From assembly GCA_040954595.2 (NCBI GenBank), contig CM082586.2, positions 6,248,509 through 6,312,508 of the forward strand: DNA of 64,000 nt, written 5' to 3'. Every line of letters starts with the position of its first letter. Position 1 is the first letter of the stretch. The notes under the pieces were generated by a model, which saw nothing but the letters and a program-made list of their open reading frames with translations, had not been told where the DNA came from and ran no database searches. Position numbers and translations under genes: made by a program. Positions 39,308-50,187 of this stretch are shown here, one piece after another. This DNA comes from Balanoglossus misakiensis (Eukaryota > Animalia > Hemichordata).

Positions 39308-40760
39308 AGTTGTTGTTGTTGGTGGTGGTGGTGGTGGTGGTGGTGGTGGGTGTGGTGATTTTTTTGTCAAGAATTCGTTATCACTAAACATTAACAAGGG
39401 TGATTTCTCTGGCAGTCTTCAAAACGACATCGTTGCTGTCAAGGTTGGGTACGTGGATGACGATGTTGACTCAGAATACCTGCAAGAGGTAAAAGTGGAG
39501 TCGACGCACTACGACGACCGGTTCGACATGCGAGGATTCTCCTACGACTTTGGTCTCATACGTCTAGCCAAGCCGCTCACCATCAACAGCTACGTGCGCT
39601 CTGCCTGCCTGCCTCCCAGAAATCTGACGTTCCAGGACGGTGACTATGCCTATATCACTGGCTGGGGTCTAGTGTGGCAGAATATGGGAGGTCAGTTCAT
39701 CCACACTTCTTCTGCTACAACTACAATAAACGTGTTTGTTCAAATGAATACACCAGCGTCAACACATTCAACACAAGCTGAAAATTGAAAATAGTCAAAA
39801 ATACAGTACAGAAACGTTCATGAACTACCTGAATGTCAGATACGTTTTATACCACGGTGTGTTTTAGATGACTGGGCCTATGCACGACAACACTACGGAT
39901 GTCACTAATTCAATAGGCCTTTTTCATGACCCCTACATGACCTGACATCCTTGTACTTCCGTTGGTATGGGATTGTAATAATTCAACATTTTGGGGCACG
40001 AAACGTGTGCATCTTTGCTTGAAAAGTGTCACCTTTGAAATTATTGTTCATGATTTATTGACTACAACCGCAATTAAAATTAAGGTGTCTTTTTAGAGGG
40101 TTTACAAATTAGTCAAACTGATGGATTCGTAGCAACGGAAGTACGAGGATGTAAGGTCATGTAGAGGTCATGAAAATGGATGAGGTCGCAGTTTCGTTGA
40201 CACAATTTCCTGCTTTGATTGCAGGTGGTGGTATGCAACCTTCTATTCTCCAATATGCTAGAATTCCCATCATTCCAGACGACGCCTGCAAATTCCACGT
40301 ATATGTGAAGGTTGATAGCATGATATGTTTGGGTTACAGAGATTACTATATTGGTGCATGTTACGTAAGTATATTCCAGCCAATGTTTCATTGAAGCTTC
40401 AGACTATCTCAAACTAAATATATTACACTCATTTTTTCTGTAGCCATTTTGTTTGTTTTGTTTTTTTTCATTTAGCTGAAGATGTTTGAATAATGATAGT
40501 TGTGATTAGGAAATAGTTTTGCGAAAGTTTTACATATTAATTCACAACTGTTTATTACTATGTCATTCTGACAGGGTGATAGCGGTGGACCGCTCAGCTT
40601 CCTCGGTCAAGATGGACGCTATTACGTCATCGGTGCAACAAATTTCGGCTTTACCTGCGGTGGGCCACGTGACCCACCGGTGTATGCAAGAGTTACATCG
40701 TACTATGATTGGATGGAGAGAATAATGGGAGCGGATTTCTTAGAATTGTTACCTCCATAA
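23508..40760 (+). CDS. Gene 2: type II transmembrane serine polyprotease (corin/enteropeptidase/Nudel-like mosaic), ~2121 aa, 38 coding exons, two S1 protease domains
   Basis: Phase-consistent exons: 23508-23778 (TM), 24073-24120, 24334-24491, 24696-24763, 24977-25173 (SEA, GFSAGSLVV), 25407-25664 (S/T-rich), 26108-26224, 26337-26453 (EGF), 26691-27047 (FZ), 27333-27359, 27603-27947 (FZ), 29218-29331, 29734-29841 (EGF), 30107-30469 (FZ), 30741-30912, 31278-31558, 31843-31976, 32341-32500 (SP1), 32717-32836 (LDLa), 33004-33339 (CUB-like), 33574-33714, 33977-34090, 34333-34434, 34730-34843, 35042-35152, 35378-35485, 35660-35770 (LDLa x7), 35969-36352 (CUB), 36673-36792, 36983-37087, 37520-37630 (LDLa x3), 37961-38120, 38314-38430, 38616-38665 (SRCR-like), 38893-39058, 39416-39690, 40225-40364, 40575-40760 (SP2, TAA). 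Total 6366 nt, divisible by 3. The donor after 35152 (GTCTGT) is weak. Confidence 0.88.
24519..24684 (+). repeat. (CATT)n microsatellite with degenerate tail, intronic
   Basis: Read directly from the sequence. Confidence 0.95.
26691..30469 (+). other. Three Frizzled cysteine-rich domains with interspersed EGF exons (gene 2)
   Basis: [17 protein letters not shown]...[11 protein letters not shown]...[13 protein letters not shown]...WLVNCDVLP, plus two further FMCSL[LF]APEC...PCR.FCE...WP..CS.LP repeats. Confidence 0.9.
27984..29146 (+). repeat. ~1.16-kb compound (CAGG/CAGA)n tetranucleotide satellite filling an intron of gene 2
   Basis: Mosaic of CAGG and CAGA with a recurring CAAGCAGACAGATAGAAGG variant. 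It is the source of the spurious CLPA/CLSV ORFs. Confidence 0.97.
30741..32500 (+). other. Serine protease domain 1 of gene 2 (trypsin-like, triad intact)
   Basis: R^IVGG activation site, TAAHC, DNDLALL, DACLGDSGGP, SWG, KPGVY. Confidence 0.93.
33361..33430 (+). mobile_element. Partial copy (one end) of MITE-like family
   Basis: ggccatatttatgaccccgacatgaccttatatcctcgtgcttctgttggtgaaaatccatcaggttg matches the left ends of the elements at 39916 and 57836. Confidence 0.65.
39224..39348 (+). repeat. (TTC)/(TTG)n/(GGT)n compound microsatellite, intronic
   Basis: Read directly from the sequence. It explains the poly-C/poly-W/poly-T ORFs. Confidence 0.95.
39916..40179. mobile_element. MITE-like non-autonomous element with ~45-bp terminal inverted repeats
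   Basis: The left end ttttcatgacccctacatgacctgacatccttgtacttccgttg is the imperfect reverse complement of the right end caacggaagtacgaggatgtaaggtcatgtagaggtcatgaaaa. No ORF of note inside. Confidence 0.75.
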
Positions 40761-42179
40761 AAAGAAACCTGTACTTTTGTCAGGATTTTCAATTACATTA
40801 TTAATCTACATTGGAAATTTGAACTATAGCCAATATTTGAACTTATTCAAATATGTTTTCTTCCACATCAAGGGTCAATGCCATAAATTATAACATCAGT
40901 AGACAAAGATATTATATTCGTTTACCCATTCATAAATATTGTTTGGTGTTGATCTTTACATAGGGCCAGTACTAGTATGCTATACTTCTGATAAGTGCTT
41001 TTCTTGTGCCTTTTTATTATATTGTGATAGATATTTTGAGGGAAGAATAAACAAGTATTACTTTAAAAACGGAAACACTGAACACTTGCTGAGTATAAAT
41101 GTGCATGTGTGTGTTATAAATTGACCCTGACGGCTGGAAATCATGGTACACCTTCAACAAAAATAGTAGCGTGGCTGTAGGTGGCCATCCTCTGACAAAC
41201 AAACTGTTCTTATGTAGCAAAATAAGTTTTCAATGCAAAGAGTAACAGTAATGATGTTTAATCTCTATGACAAATTAACATCTAAGAAGACAAAATAAAT
41301 TGTATATAGTAATAATGTATGATTTGATTCTTCAGAGTATTCAGCAATGAAATTTCTTTACAAGTAACTGACAATAAAATATTCTAAAATAATGTCTTAC
41401 AAACTACAGAAATACAAACTTCTTCTTAACATGCTGTGACACAAAAAATCTGCAAATAGTATCTTCTCGGTGTGGACAGGAGCCACCTAACCTACACTGT
41501 TTGAAAAACTAATTTTTACAAAGCATTTCAGAATGCAACTTCAAATAAAAAGCAATATCACAATATATGTTGGCATCTCGTGTATAGAATACTCAACATT
41601 TTCTTATTTTCATAAAGATGCGACTGTATACGTATACATATAAGCAATAAACGTTAGTAATCCCATATGGGCATATCTAAAATTAAAAGTTAGTGGGAGT
41701 CTGTGTCTCCCCTTTAGCTACTGCTAATTTCACGATAAACATTAAAGCTACAAGCAAAATCTTTTCACTTATTACTTTGTGCGCGTATACGGTACGCATC
41801 AGACATTCAACCTGATGGTGTGGACAGGAGCCACCTGGTGTGTCTTGCTGCCCACACACTCTAATCAAAGCTCAGGTTGGCCATCTGAAGAGCAAGGCTA
41901 ATAATATAATCTCTCAACACGTATTTGTACATAGCAGACTTAACCGCACCCTTTCACCATCTAGGTTCACTCTAAAGCCATTGTTTTCTATGATAAGGTA
42001 GGACCTCTAAAATTGAACTGGGGGTAAAAGGGTTAATATGACAAGCCTGATGATCCACACAAGGAACACGGGATCCCTCTAGCACTACTTATGGACACGT
42101 CACAAAGAAATGCTTCTCAAATTAATCGCATTAGTTTACAGAGCCCTTCAGAGGGAACACTTCTTAATGCCTAAGTAAT

Positions 42180-45029
42180 TTATTCGGCATTGTCACCCTT
42201 CTTGTTAATAAACAATTTGAAAGTCTGCATGTGTTCAAAACTCTTCAGTTTTTCCCTCTTATCTTCAATACTCTCCTTTCCCTCAGTCAGCGCTGTTTCC
42301 AAATTCTGGTTGGTGTTTTGGAGGATGATCATCTTCGCTTCAAGTTGGTTCTTCTGCTGTTCAAGTTCTTCGTACCGTTGACTCAGATCAGTGTTGTCCA
42401 TCCTTAATTTCTGCATTTCCGACCGCATACGTTCATCCTGCTCATTTTGGGTTTGCTGCAACTCTTCAAATTTCATTTCCAACTTCCTGTATTGCTGCAG
42501 CAACTCTCCATGCTTCTCTGCTTCTTCTTGAAAAGCATTCAGCTTGCGTTCTTTATCTTCAAGACTTTCCATTGCCTCAGTCAGCGCTGTTTCTGATTTT
42601 TGATTGGTGTTTTTGAGGATGGCCATCTCCTCTACCAGTTGGTTCTTCTGCTGTTTAAGTTCTGCGTACTGTTGACTCAGATGATCGTGGTCCTTCCTTG
42701 CTTTGTCTAATTCTGACCGCATACTTTCATCATGCTCTTTGTGGGTTTGCTGCAACTCTTCAAAACTCTCTTGTGACTTTGTGCACTGCTCTTGCAACTT
42801 CCCGCATTGCTGCTGCAACTCCTCATGTTGTTGCTGCAATTTGTCACGATGCTTTTGCACCACCTGGAGTTCCTCCTGTTGCAGACCATTCATTCGTTTG
42901 ACTTGTTCCACCTGTTGCTGTAAAGCCACTATGGTTTGCTTCTGTTGATCATTCTCTTTTCTTTCCTCGCCGATGTCTGCCTGTTGCTTCTCTACTTCTC
43001 CTTGACAATCAAGCAGTTTTTGTTCTTTATCTTCAAGACTTTCCATTGCCTCAGTCAGCGCTGTTTCTGATTTTTGATTGGTGTTTTTGAGGATGGCCAT
43101 CTCCTCTACCAGTTGGTTCTTCTGCTGTTTAAGTTCTGCGTACTGTTGACTCAGATGATCGTGGTCCTTCCTTGCTTTGTCTAATTCTGACCGCATACTT
43201 TCATCATGCTCTTTGTGGGTTTGCTGCAACTCTTCAAAACTCTCTTGTGACTTTGTGCACTGCTCTTGCAACTTCCCGCATTGCTGCTGCACCTCCTCAT
43301 GTTGTTGCTGCAATTTGTCACGATGATTTTGCACCACCTGGAGTTCCTCCTGTTGCAGACCATTCATTCGTTTGACTTGTTCCACCTGTTGCTGTAAAGC
43401 CACTATGGTTTGCTTCTGTTGATCATTCTCTTTTCTTTCCTCGCCGATGTCTGCCTGTTGCTTCTCTACTTCTCCTTGACAATCAAGCAGTTTTTGTTCT
43501 TTATCTTCAAGACTTTCCAATACCTTCGTCAGTCTTGTTACCAAGGTCTGATTGGCGGTTTGCAGGATACTCGTACCCCCTGCCAACTGGTTCTTCACCC
43601 GTTCAAGTTCACCGTATTGTTGACTCAGAGAAGCGTGGTTCTTCTTTGTTTTGTCTAATTCTGACTGCATACTTTTATCATACTCTTTGTGGGTTTGCTG
43701 CAACTCTTCAAAAACCCCTTTTAACTTCTTGTATTGCTGCTGCAACTGCCCATGTTGTTGCTCCAGTAGGTCACGATGATTTTGCATTGACTGAATTCTC
43801 TCTTCTTGTTGTTTGACTTCAATCTGCAGTGGCTCCAACTCAGCAATTTTACTTTTTGCTTTGCCGAGATCCTGTGAAGCCTGTCCCAACTCAAGAACAA
43901 GCTTCTGTATTTCTTCAGCGGCTGTTTTCTTTTCCTGGGCACTCTGATCGTTTAATCTCCTGACTTCTTCCAGTTGCCGCTGCAGCGTCTCTACAAACTG
44001 TCTGTACCTTTCATTCTCTGCTACTTGCTTCTCTGATTCTTCGCGAAAAGCCTGCAGGTCTTGCTGTTGTGCAGAGATCTTGTGTTCAGATTCTTTCACT
44101 TTATGATCCAAGAGGTCTACTTTGTGACTCTCCTCCTTCAGGGCTGCCAGAATGTTGTCAGCAGACTTGTTCAAGAGGTTGCCCTCGTCAGCAAAACTGT
44201 CGTTGAAGCTTGTACTGATATAACCCATGTCACTGCCGTTGGAGTTAAACTTATCAGGGGTTTTCCAAACACCACTGTCACTGAAATTCAAACTTATGCC
44301 ATTGCCGTTGAACTTGAACCCTTCTTGTAATTTCGCCATCGCGGACTTTATCTCCATTCCTTGCAGGTGGCATTTCTCGGTGAGCACCTGTTTGTCTTCT
44401 TTCAGTACCATGATGTCCTTTCTCATCTTGTTCATTTCATTCAGTCTCCGACCCTCTCTTTCCTGTACAGAAAAGACATTATCCTCCAGGGCGTTTCTCT
44501 CTTGCTGAACTCGTTCGTTCTCTCGCACGAGTTGGTCGCATCTCTCCTCGGTAGTTGCTAGCTGTCGCTGAGCGATTTCAGCTCGGAAGTTGGACTCTCG
44601 GTTGTGATTTTCCAACAGTGCCGCAGCCTTTTCTGATCTCTTGAGTTCTCGCTTTAGGTTCTGTACCTCTGAATGTGCGGACGAAGCGTGCATCTCTCGT
44701 TGTATGGCAGTGTTCTCCTGCTGCAGTCGCGAGATCTCCTCCTGGCTGCCGGCAACACTCTCTTGAAGTCGCCGCAATCTGGTTCGCATCTCCGTCTTAT
44801 CATCGCGTAATTCTTGTATCTGATCTGCCCTTCCATCCAGAAATCTCAGCACACCCACATACAAGCCATTGGTGACACCAAAACAAGCCACACCAACTAT
44901 ACTCACTGAACTTCGGTCTCCAAGAATTCCACACACCAGCAATCCAGCCAGAATGGACAACACCACTGTGCTGAACACATCAGAAGAGCATACACCTTGC
45001 CTGCTCATCAGATCGCTCCACTTGGCCAT
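42180..45029 (-). CDS. Gene 3: uncharacterised protein, N-terminal double hydrophobic (2 TM) segment plus long Q/E/K-rich coiled coil, 949 aa, single coding exon
   Basis: Open 2850-nt frame from ATG 45029 (MAKWSDL, matching paralog MAKFRDL). Splice acceptor just upstream (exon starts 45085). Hydrophobic VFSTVVLSILAGLLVCGIL and VSIVGVACFGVTNGLYVGVL, then heptad-like composition. Clear paralog at 48269-50187. Confidence 0.88.
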   Translation of the reverse strand: MAKWSDLMSRQGVCSSDVFSTVVLSILAGLLVCGILGDRSSVSIVGVACFGVTNGLYVGVLRFLDGRADQIQELRDDKTEMRTRLRRLQESVAGSQEEISRLQQENTAIQREMHASSAHSEVQNLKRELKRSEKAAALLENHNRESNFRAEIAQRQLATTEERCDQLVRENERVQQERNALEDNVFSVQEREGRRLNEMNKMRKDIMVLKEDKQVLTEKCHLQGMEIKSAMAKLQEGFKFNGNGISLNFSDSGVWKTPDKFNSNGSDMGYISTSFNDSFADEGNLLNKSADNILAALKEESHKVDLLDHKVKESEHKISAQQQDLQAFREESEKQVAENERYRQFVETLQRQLEEVRRLNDQSAQEKKTAAEEIQKLVLELGQASQDLGKAKSKIAELEPLQIEVKQQEERIQSMQNHRDLLEQQHGQLQQQYKKLKGVFEELQQTHKEYDKSMQSELDKTKKNHASLSQQYGELERVKNQLAGGTSILQTANQTLVTRLTKVLESLEDKEQKLLDCQGEVEKQQADIGEERKENDQQKQTIVALQQQVEQVKRMNGLQQEELQVVQNHRDKLQQQHEEVQQQCGKLQEQCTKSQESFEELQQTHKEHDESMRSELDKARKDHDHLSQQYAELKQQKNQLVEEMAILKNTNQKSETALTEAMESLEDKEQKLLDCQGEVEKQQADIGEERKENDQQKQTIVALQQQVEQVKRMNGLQQEELQVVQKHRDKLQQQHEELQQQCGKLQEQCTKSQESFEELQQTHKEHDESMRSELDKARKDHDHLSQQYAELKQQKNQLVEEMAILKNTNQKSETALTEAMESLEDKERKLNAFQEEAEKHGELLQQYRKLEMKFEELQQTQNEQDERMRSEMQKLRMDNTDLSQRYEELEQQKNQLEAKMIILQNTNQNLETALTEGKESIEDKREKLKSFEHMQTFKLFINKKGDNAE
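42548..43519 (-). repeat. In-frame 474-bp (158-aa) tandem duplication inside gene 3
   Basis: gttctttatcttcaagactttcca recurs at 42548, 43022 and 43496. The two full copies differ at about two positions (QKHRD/QNHRD, EEL/EEV). Confidence 0.95.
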
Positions 45030-45666
45030 TCTGCTAGCCCTGGTAAGTCCTGTGATACTCACGGCAAGTTTAACTCGAAGTCAGTCTACAGGTAGGAAAA
45101 TACAGTATCCAACTGATTAACAATGTAATTCAATTATGTACATTGCAGTCCCAAGCAGTGTCAGTCCTGTATGTAAATCTGCATAGCATGAAATAGTGTG
45201 ATCTAATAAGTATCACTATCACTATAGTATCAACAAGGTACCAACTGAATATGCCAAAAAATATTTTTCCTGTTTGCCATATTTGCAGTTTTTACCGTCC
45301 AATGCCGTCAGGTCTACTGTAATTTAACCAACAAAACGAAAGGGAAGTGTTCGTGTGCCCCCGCAAAATGAAAGTAATAAATGTTTGCTATGTGTATGTT
45401 TCGTCTTACAGAAAACCAAAATTATGTCGTGAATATTATTTAACATAGGCCTATTACGTTCATAAAGAGAATGATATAGAGACATGCGTACGTCGCGCCA
45501 TATTGTCCTGTGAGTTTACAAACTCACAGACTGGAAACCAAACGATTTCCACGAATCATTGAGCATACACAGCGCTCATTTACAGAATTTGGAAGCTTCA
45601 AAATTCTTCGAATCACTGACCAAAAGAAACTTGGTCATACTACGATTTATACGCCCATATACTCAC

Positions 45667-45810
45667 CAATTTTCATATATTGTGTTAAGATTTTACAGGA
45701 AGTATTGATATCTGTTTACAGGTTTGGAACGGTCAGTCCACACAATAGTTTTTTTGTCAGTGAAGTAAGCGTCGCGTCATTTTTTGTGTGGCTTTGCTAA
45801 CAGCAGTTCA
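45667..45810 (-). other. Probable non-coding first exon of gene 3 (5' extent uncertain)
   Basis: Minus-strand donor GTGAGTAT at 45666. This block and its flanks are conserved with the equivalent block upstream of gene 4 (50913 onward). Confidence 0.55.
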
Positions 45811-47510
45811 CACCCCTGATTGGTGAGGTTTTAAATTGAGGTGCAATGCTACGACCTACGTATTCGAACTCATGCGAATTTTATCACTACATTTTCGTCG
45901 AGTCGTGACCAGCTATACAATGTTTTTAATTTTTCTTTGGAACACGAACAGTTTCAGTAAAAATTTAGATATCATAAACACAACTCTGGTCGGGTGACAC
46001 AATATCATGATGACTAATTCAATTTTCACTCATACAATGATACTAACCTTTAATCCACGTAATGTTTGTTGGAGGGAGTTGGCCGCACGACGAACATACA
46101 GTTGTAAAATAGCATGTGCTGTAAACTACGCTTCGATCGTGTTGTGACCTATCGCCGTTCTGGTAGTAGTCTGTCACCCCACGCTGAGTTTGCACGATTT
46201 ACCCCATTCAGATTGGCTGGACACTATTGCTATTTAGTATTCAAATACGCCCATTTTCCAGGTAACCATTGTAGTGTAAACAATCTATGCAGCGACAGAC
46301 TGATGGCATCAAACACTTGGCAGTGGAGACCCAGGTATGTAGGATCTGAGGCAGTGCGGTGTTGTGTGTTAAAGGTCAAGAGTCATGGGGGTGTTGACAA
46401 GCTCAATGACCTCATGTACATATACGTCACCTCAGCACAGCTGCATTTTCACAGCTAGGAAAATCAAGCATTGTCATACATACAGCTGCTGACTAACAAT
46501 GGGATTTGATCGCAAATGGATGTTTTTCCGGGCTATGGAACTTTTGTGTGTTTACCCATGGGGATCGCCATATTGAATACTACGAGTTAAGATACACTGG
46601 CTCCCACACACAAACCACACCGGGACAAATTGGGAACTATTGAGTTTATCTCTATGGGTATAACACAGACGCACCAGTGTGGTATATGGGGCCTTGTAAG
46701 AATGTGGTGGAGGCCATGCAATGTAGGGAACACATACATCTGTGTACGCAGAGCTACACCATCCACCCCATCACCCTCTTTGTACGTGTTAAATGTATGG
46801 TTGACCTACAAGGCACAGATTAGTGTACTCGATCACCACTTCTCAAATCACATCAGCTGCAGAGGGCACCCTGTGGTCCAATGAATGCTACCTTAGTATG
46901 TTAATATCCAGTATGGAGGTCTGTAGGTGTGACCTCAAGTCTAATTAATCAGATCTTCAAGCTTACAGGTACATGACCCTGTCTCACTGGATGTCCTGTA
47001 ACTGGTTCACAGCATTACAATCAACAAATAGTAAAAAAATTAAAAATTAAACAAAATATCAGGAAAACATTTTAAAATACTAATAAAAATTATGGAACAA
47101 CTACCGGATGTTTCATGGAGAGAATCATGTCTAACAAATCTTGCAAAAGGGAAAATCACATTTAAAATCAAATGAAAGGTTACAACAAAATGTGTCAAAC
47201 AAAATTGTTGGTAACAGAACACAAGGCTCTCTACAAAAAATTAAAAATTTTAAATTCAAATTCTGCAGATACATTACAGAATATATAGCTCAGAATATGG
47301 TCTGTGATTTAGCATAGTTACTTAGGATTTTATATGTCTACTGCCATTTCGTCATCCACACAATGTACTGTGTGCTATCTACGTGCAATGTTACTGTATC
47401 AGAAGTGTATATTGGCCTACAGGACACAAAGTAGTCTGCTCGATCACAATTTCTCAAATCACAACATTTGCAGAGGGCTCCATGGATGGTGTGGTCCCAT
47501 GAATGCTACC

Positions 47511-50187
47511 TTACTCAGCACTGTCATCCAGTTTGTTAATGTACAGTTTGAAGGTCTGTAGATGTGCCAGCTTCTTCAGTGTCTCGTTCTTATCATCAAG
47601 ACTTTTGGCTATCTCACTTTGCTGCATCTCGTCGCAATACTGCTGCAACTGCTTGTGTTGCTGCTGCAAGACCCCATGGTGCTGCTGCAAATCCCCGTAT
47701 CGCTGCTGCAACTCCCCGAATCGCTCTTCCAGATTATCTTGCATCTGCTGGATTTCATTCTCTCGTTGTTGTACTTCTCCCTGCGATGGCTCCGACTCAG
47801 CAGTTCCAACTTGCATTCTGCTGTCTCCCATCAAAGCCTGTTGTTGCTGGTGTTGTGGCACTGCGGTATGCTTGTACTGATCATTTGCCCCGTGACATAC
47901 AAGTCCATTTTCTGCTCCTTGCTCCTTAAACTCTGCTCTTTCCTTCTTATCCGTATCTTCTTCCTCCTCCTCCTCCTCCTCCTCTTCTTCCCCCTCCTCC
48001 TCCTCTTCTTCTTCTTCCTCCTTCCCACCTTCTCCCTCAGCCTCCTCATCCTCCGGTTCCTCCTCCTCTTCCCCTTCTGTAGAACTCTGCATGTCTCGCC
48101 TTGTGAAGTAAATATACAGTACAGTTGATTAAGTATAGAATACAACACTATTGCACGTTACAATAAAATAAGTACATTCCTACAGTAGTCACCATCGTAT
48201 TCTACGAGAGGAGACAAACTCCAATGAGTCTATTGATGATTAAAGCAACCTTGTTGATGCTTACTTACCCGTCAGAATGGTTCAACTTGTTAATATACAG
48301 TTTTAAAGTCTTCAGGTGTTCCAGTTCCCTAAGCTTTTCCCTCTTATCTTCAAGACTTTCCATTGCATCGGTCAGCGCTGTTTCCAAATTCTGGTTGGTG
48401 TTTTGGATGTTGATCATCTCCTCTTCCAATTGGTTCTTCTGTTGTTCAAGTTCAGCGTACTGGTGACTCAGATGAGCGTGGTCCACCCTTGTTTTGTCTA
48501 ATTCTGACTGCATACTTTCATCTTGCTCATTGTGGGTTTGCTGCATTTCTTCACATTTCATTTCCAACTCTGTGTATTGCTGCAGCAACTCTCCATGCTT
48601 CTCTACTTTTCCTTGAATAGCATTCAGCTTGCGTTCTGTATCGTCAAGACTTTCCATTGCCTCAGTCAGCGCTGTTTCTGATTTCTGATTGGTGTTTTTG
48701 AGGATGGTCATCTCCTCTACCAATTGGTTCTTCTGCTGTTCAAGTTCTGCATATTGTTGACCCAGCTGAGCGTGATCCATCCTTATTATGTTTTCTGTTT
48801 GCTGCAACTCTTGATATTTCTTCTGCAACTTCCTGCAGTGCTGCTGCGTTTTCCTGTAATTTTGCAGATACTGCTGGCACTGTTGCTCCATTCCCTCATT
48901 GCTATCTTTCACCGCCTGGAGTTCTTCCCGCTGCCGTTCTACTTCAGTCTCCAGTGGTTCCAGCTCTGCGATTCCACTTTCTATTTTGCCGATGTCCTCT
49001 ACAGCCTGCTGTAACTGTATCTTGCATTCCTCTGTTGCTTCGGCTATTCTGTGCTTTTCTTGGGTGAGCTGATCGTTTGTCCCATTTGCTTCTTGCAGCT
49101 GTTGCTGGAGTGTCATTACCCTTTGCCAGTACTTGCCATTCTCAGCTCTCTGCTTGTCATTCTCAGCTCTCTGCTTATCCATTTCTTCGCGACAATCCTG
49201 CAGTTGCTGCTTTTGTGTCATGATCTTCTGTTCGGAGGCTTTCACGTCATGTTGCAACAGGTTCACCTTGTGACATTCCTCTTTCAATGCTGCTATAATG
49301 TTGTCCGCCGTCTCCGTTAAGAGGGTGCTTTCGTCAATAAAACTGTCATTGGAGCTTGTGCTGATGTTATCTATGCCAGTTTCATTGGGGTTGAACTTTT
49401 CAGGGGTTTTCCAAACGCCACTGTCATCCTGGTTCAAGCTCTTGCTGATGTCACTACTGTTGACGTTGTGCTTCATGCCCCATTGTAATTTCTTCACCGC
49501 TATCTTTATGTCCATCCCCTGCAATTGACATTTCTCGGCAAGTGCCTGTTTATCTTCGGCCAGCTCAGTGATCTCCTTTCTCATCTGGTTCATCTCGTTC
49601 AATCTTTCACTCTCCCTTTCTTGCAGCGAAAAGACACGCTCCTCCAAGGCACGTTTCTCTTGCAGGATCCGTTCGCGATCATGTACGAGTTGGCTGCATC
49701 TCTCTTCTGTATTGGCCAGTTGACGCTCTGCATTGGCAGCCCTGAAGTTGGACTCGCGGCTTTGATTATCTGACAGTGCGGCAGCCCTCTCCGCTTCCTT
49801 TAACTCTTCCTCCAACTTCTGAACCCCTAAGTGTGCTGTCGTGGCTTCCATTTCCCGTTGCATGGCAGTGACCTGCCTCTGCAGCTTAACCCTCTCTTCC
49901 TGGCCGCGAGAAACACTCTCACTGAGTCGCTGCAGTCTGGTTTTCAACTCAAACTTATCGTCGCTCAGCTGCTGTATCTGATCTTGCCTGCCATCAAGAA
50001 CTCTCAGCACGCCCACGTGCATTCCGTTAATGATGCCAAAACTAGCTACTCCAACGAACGACATCAGACTTTGATCTCCAGTAACTGTACAGATGAGCAA
50101 ACCAGCTGCAGTGGACATTATCACTGTGATGAAGACATCCCAAGAGAATAATCCCTGTCCGCTAAATAGATCTCTGAACTTGGCCAT
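47511..50187 (-). CDS. Gene 4: paralog of gene 3, 2-TM plus coiled-coil protein; exon 48269-50187 probably spliced to a Glu-rich exon 47515-48099 (~835 aa; a further small terminal exon near 46941-47000 is possible)
   Basis: The 640-aa ORF aligns with gene 3 throughout (e.g. DSGVWKTP[DE]KFN). Its 'stop' lies inside a GG|GTAAGT donor, and the acceptor before 48099 gives in-frame G-R-D-MQSSTEGEEE. The second exon also ends at a GA|GTAAGG donor/stop. Confidence 0.82.

Larger units (their letters stand above)
38893..40760 (+). other. Serine protease domain 2 of gene 2 (non-trypsin S1 pocket, triad intact)
   Basis: R^IVNG activation site, TAAHC, SYDFGLI, GACYGDSGGP, TNFG, DPPVY, stop at 40758-40760. 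Confidence 0.92.

Noticed and set aside
45030-45062. ORF-track start of gene 3 at 45062
   Set aside because: It is a GTG codon. The paralog alignment supports ATG 45029.
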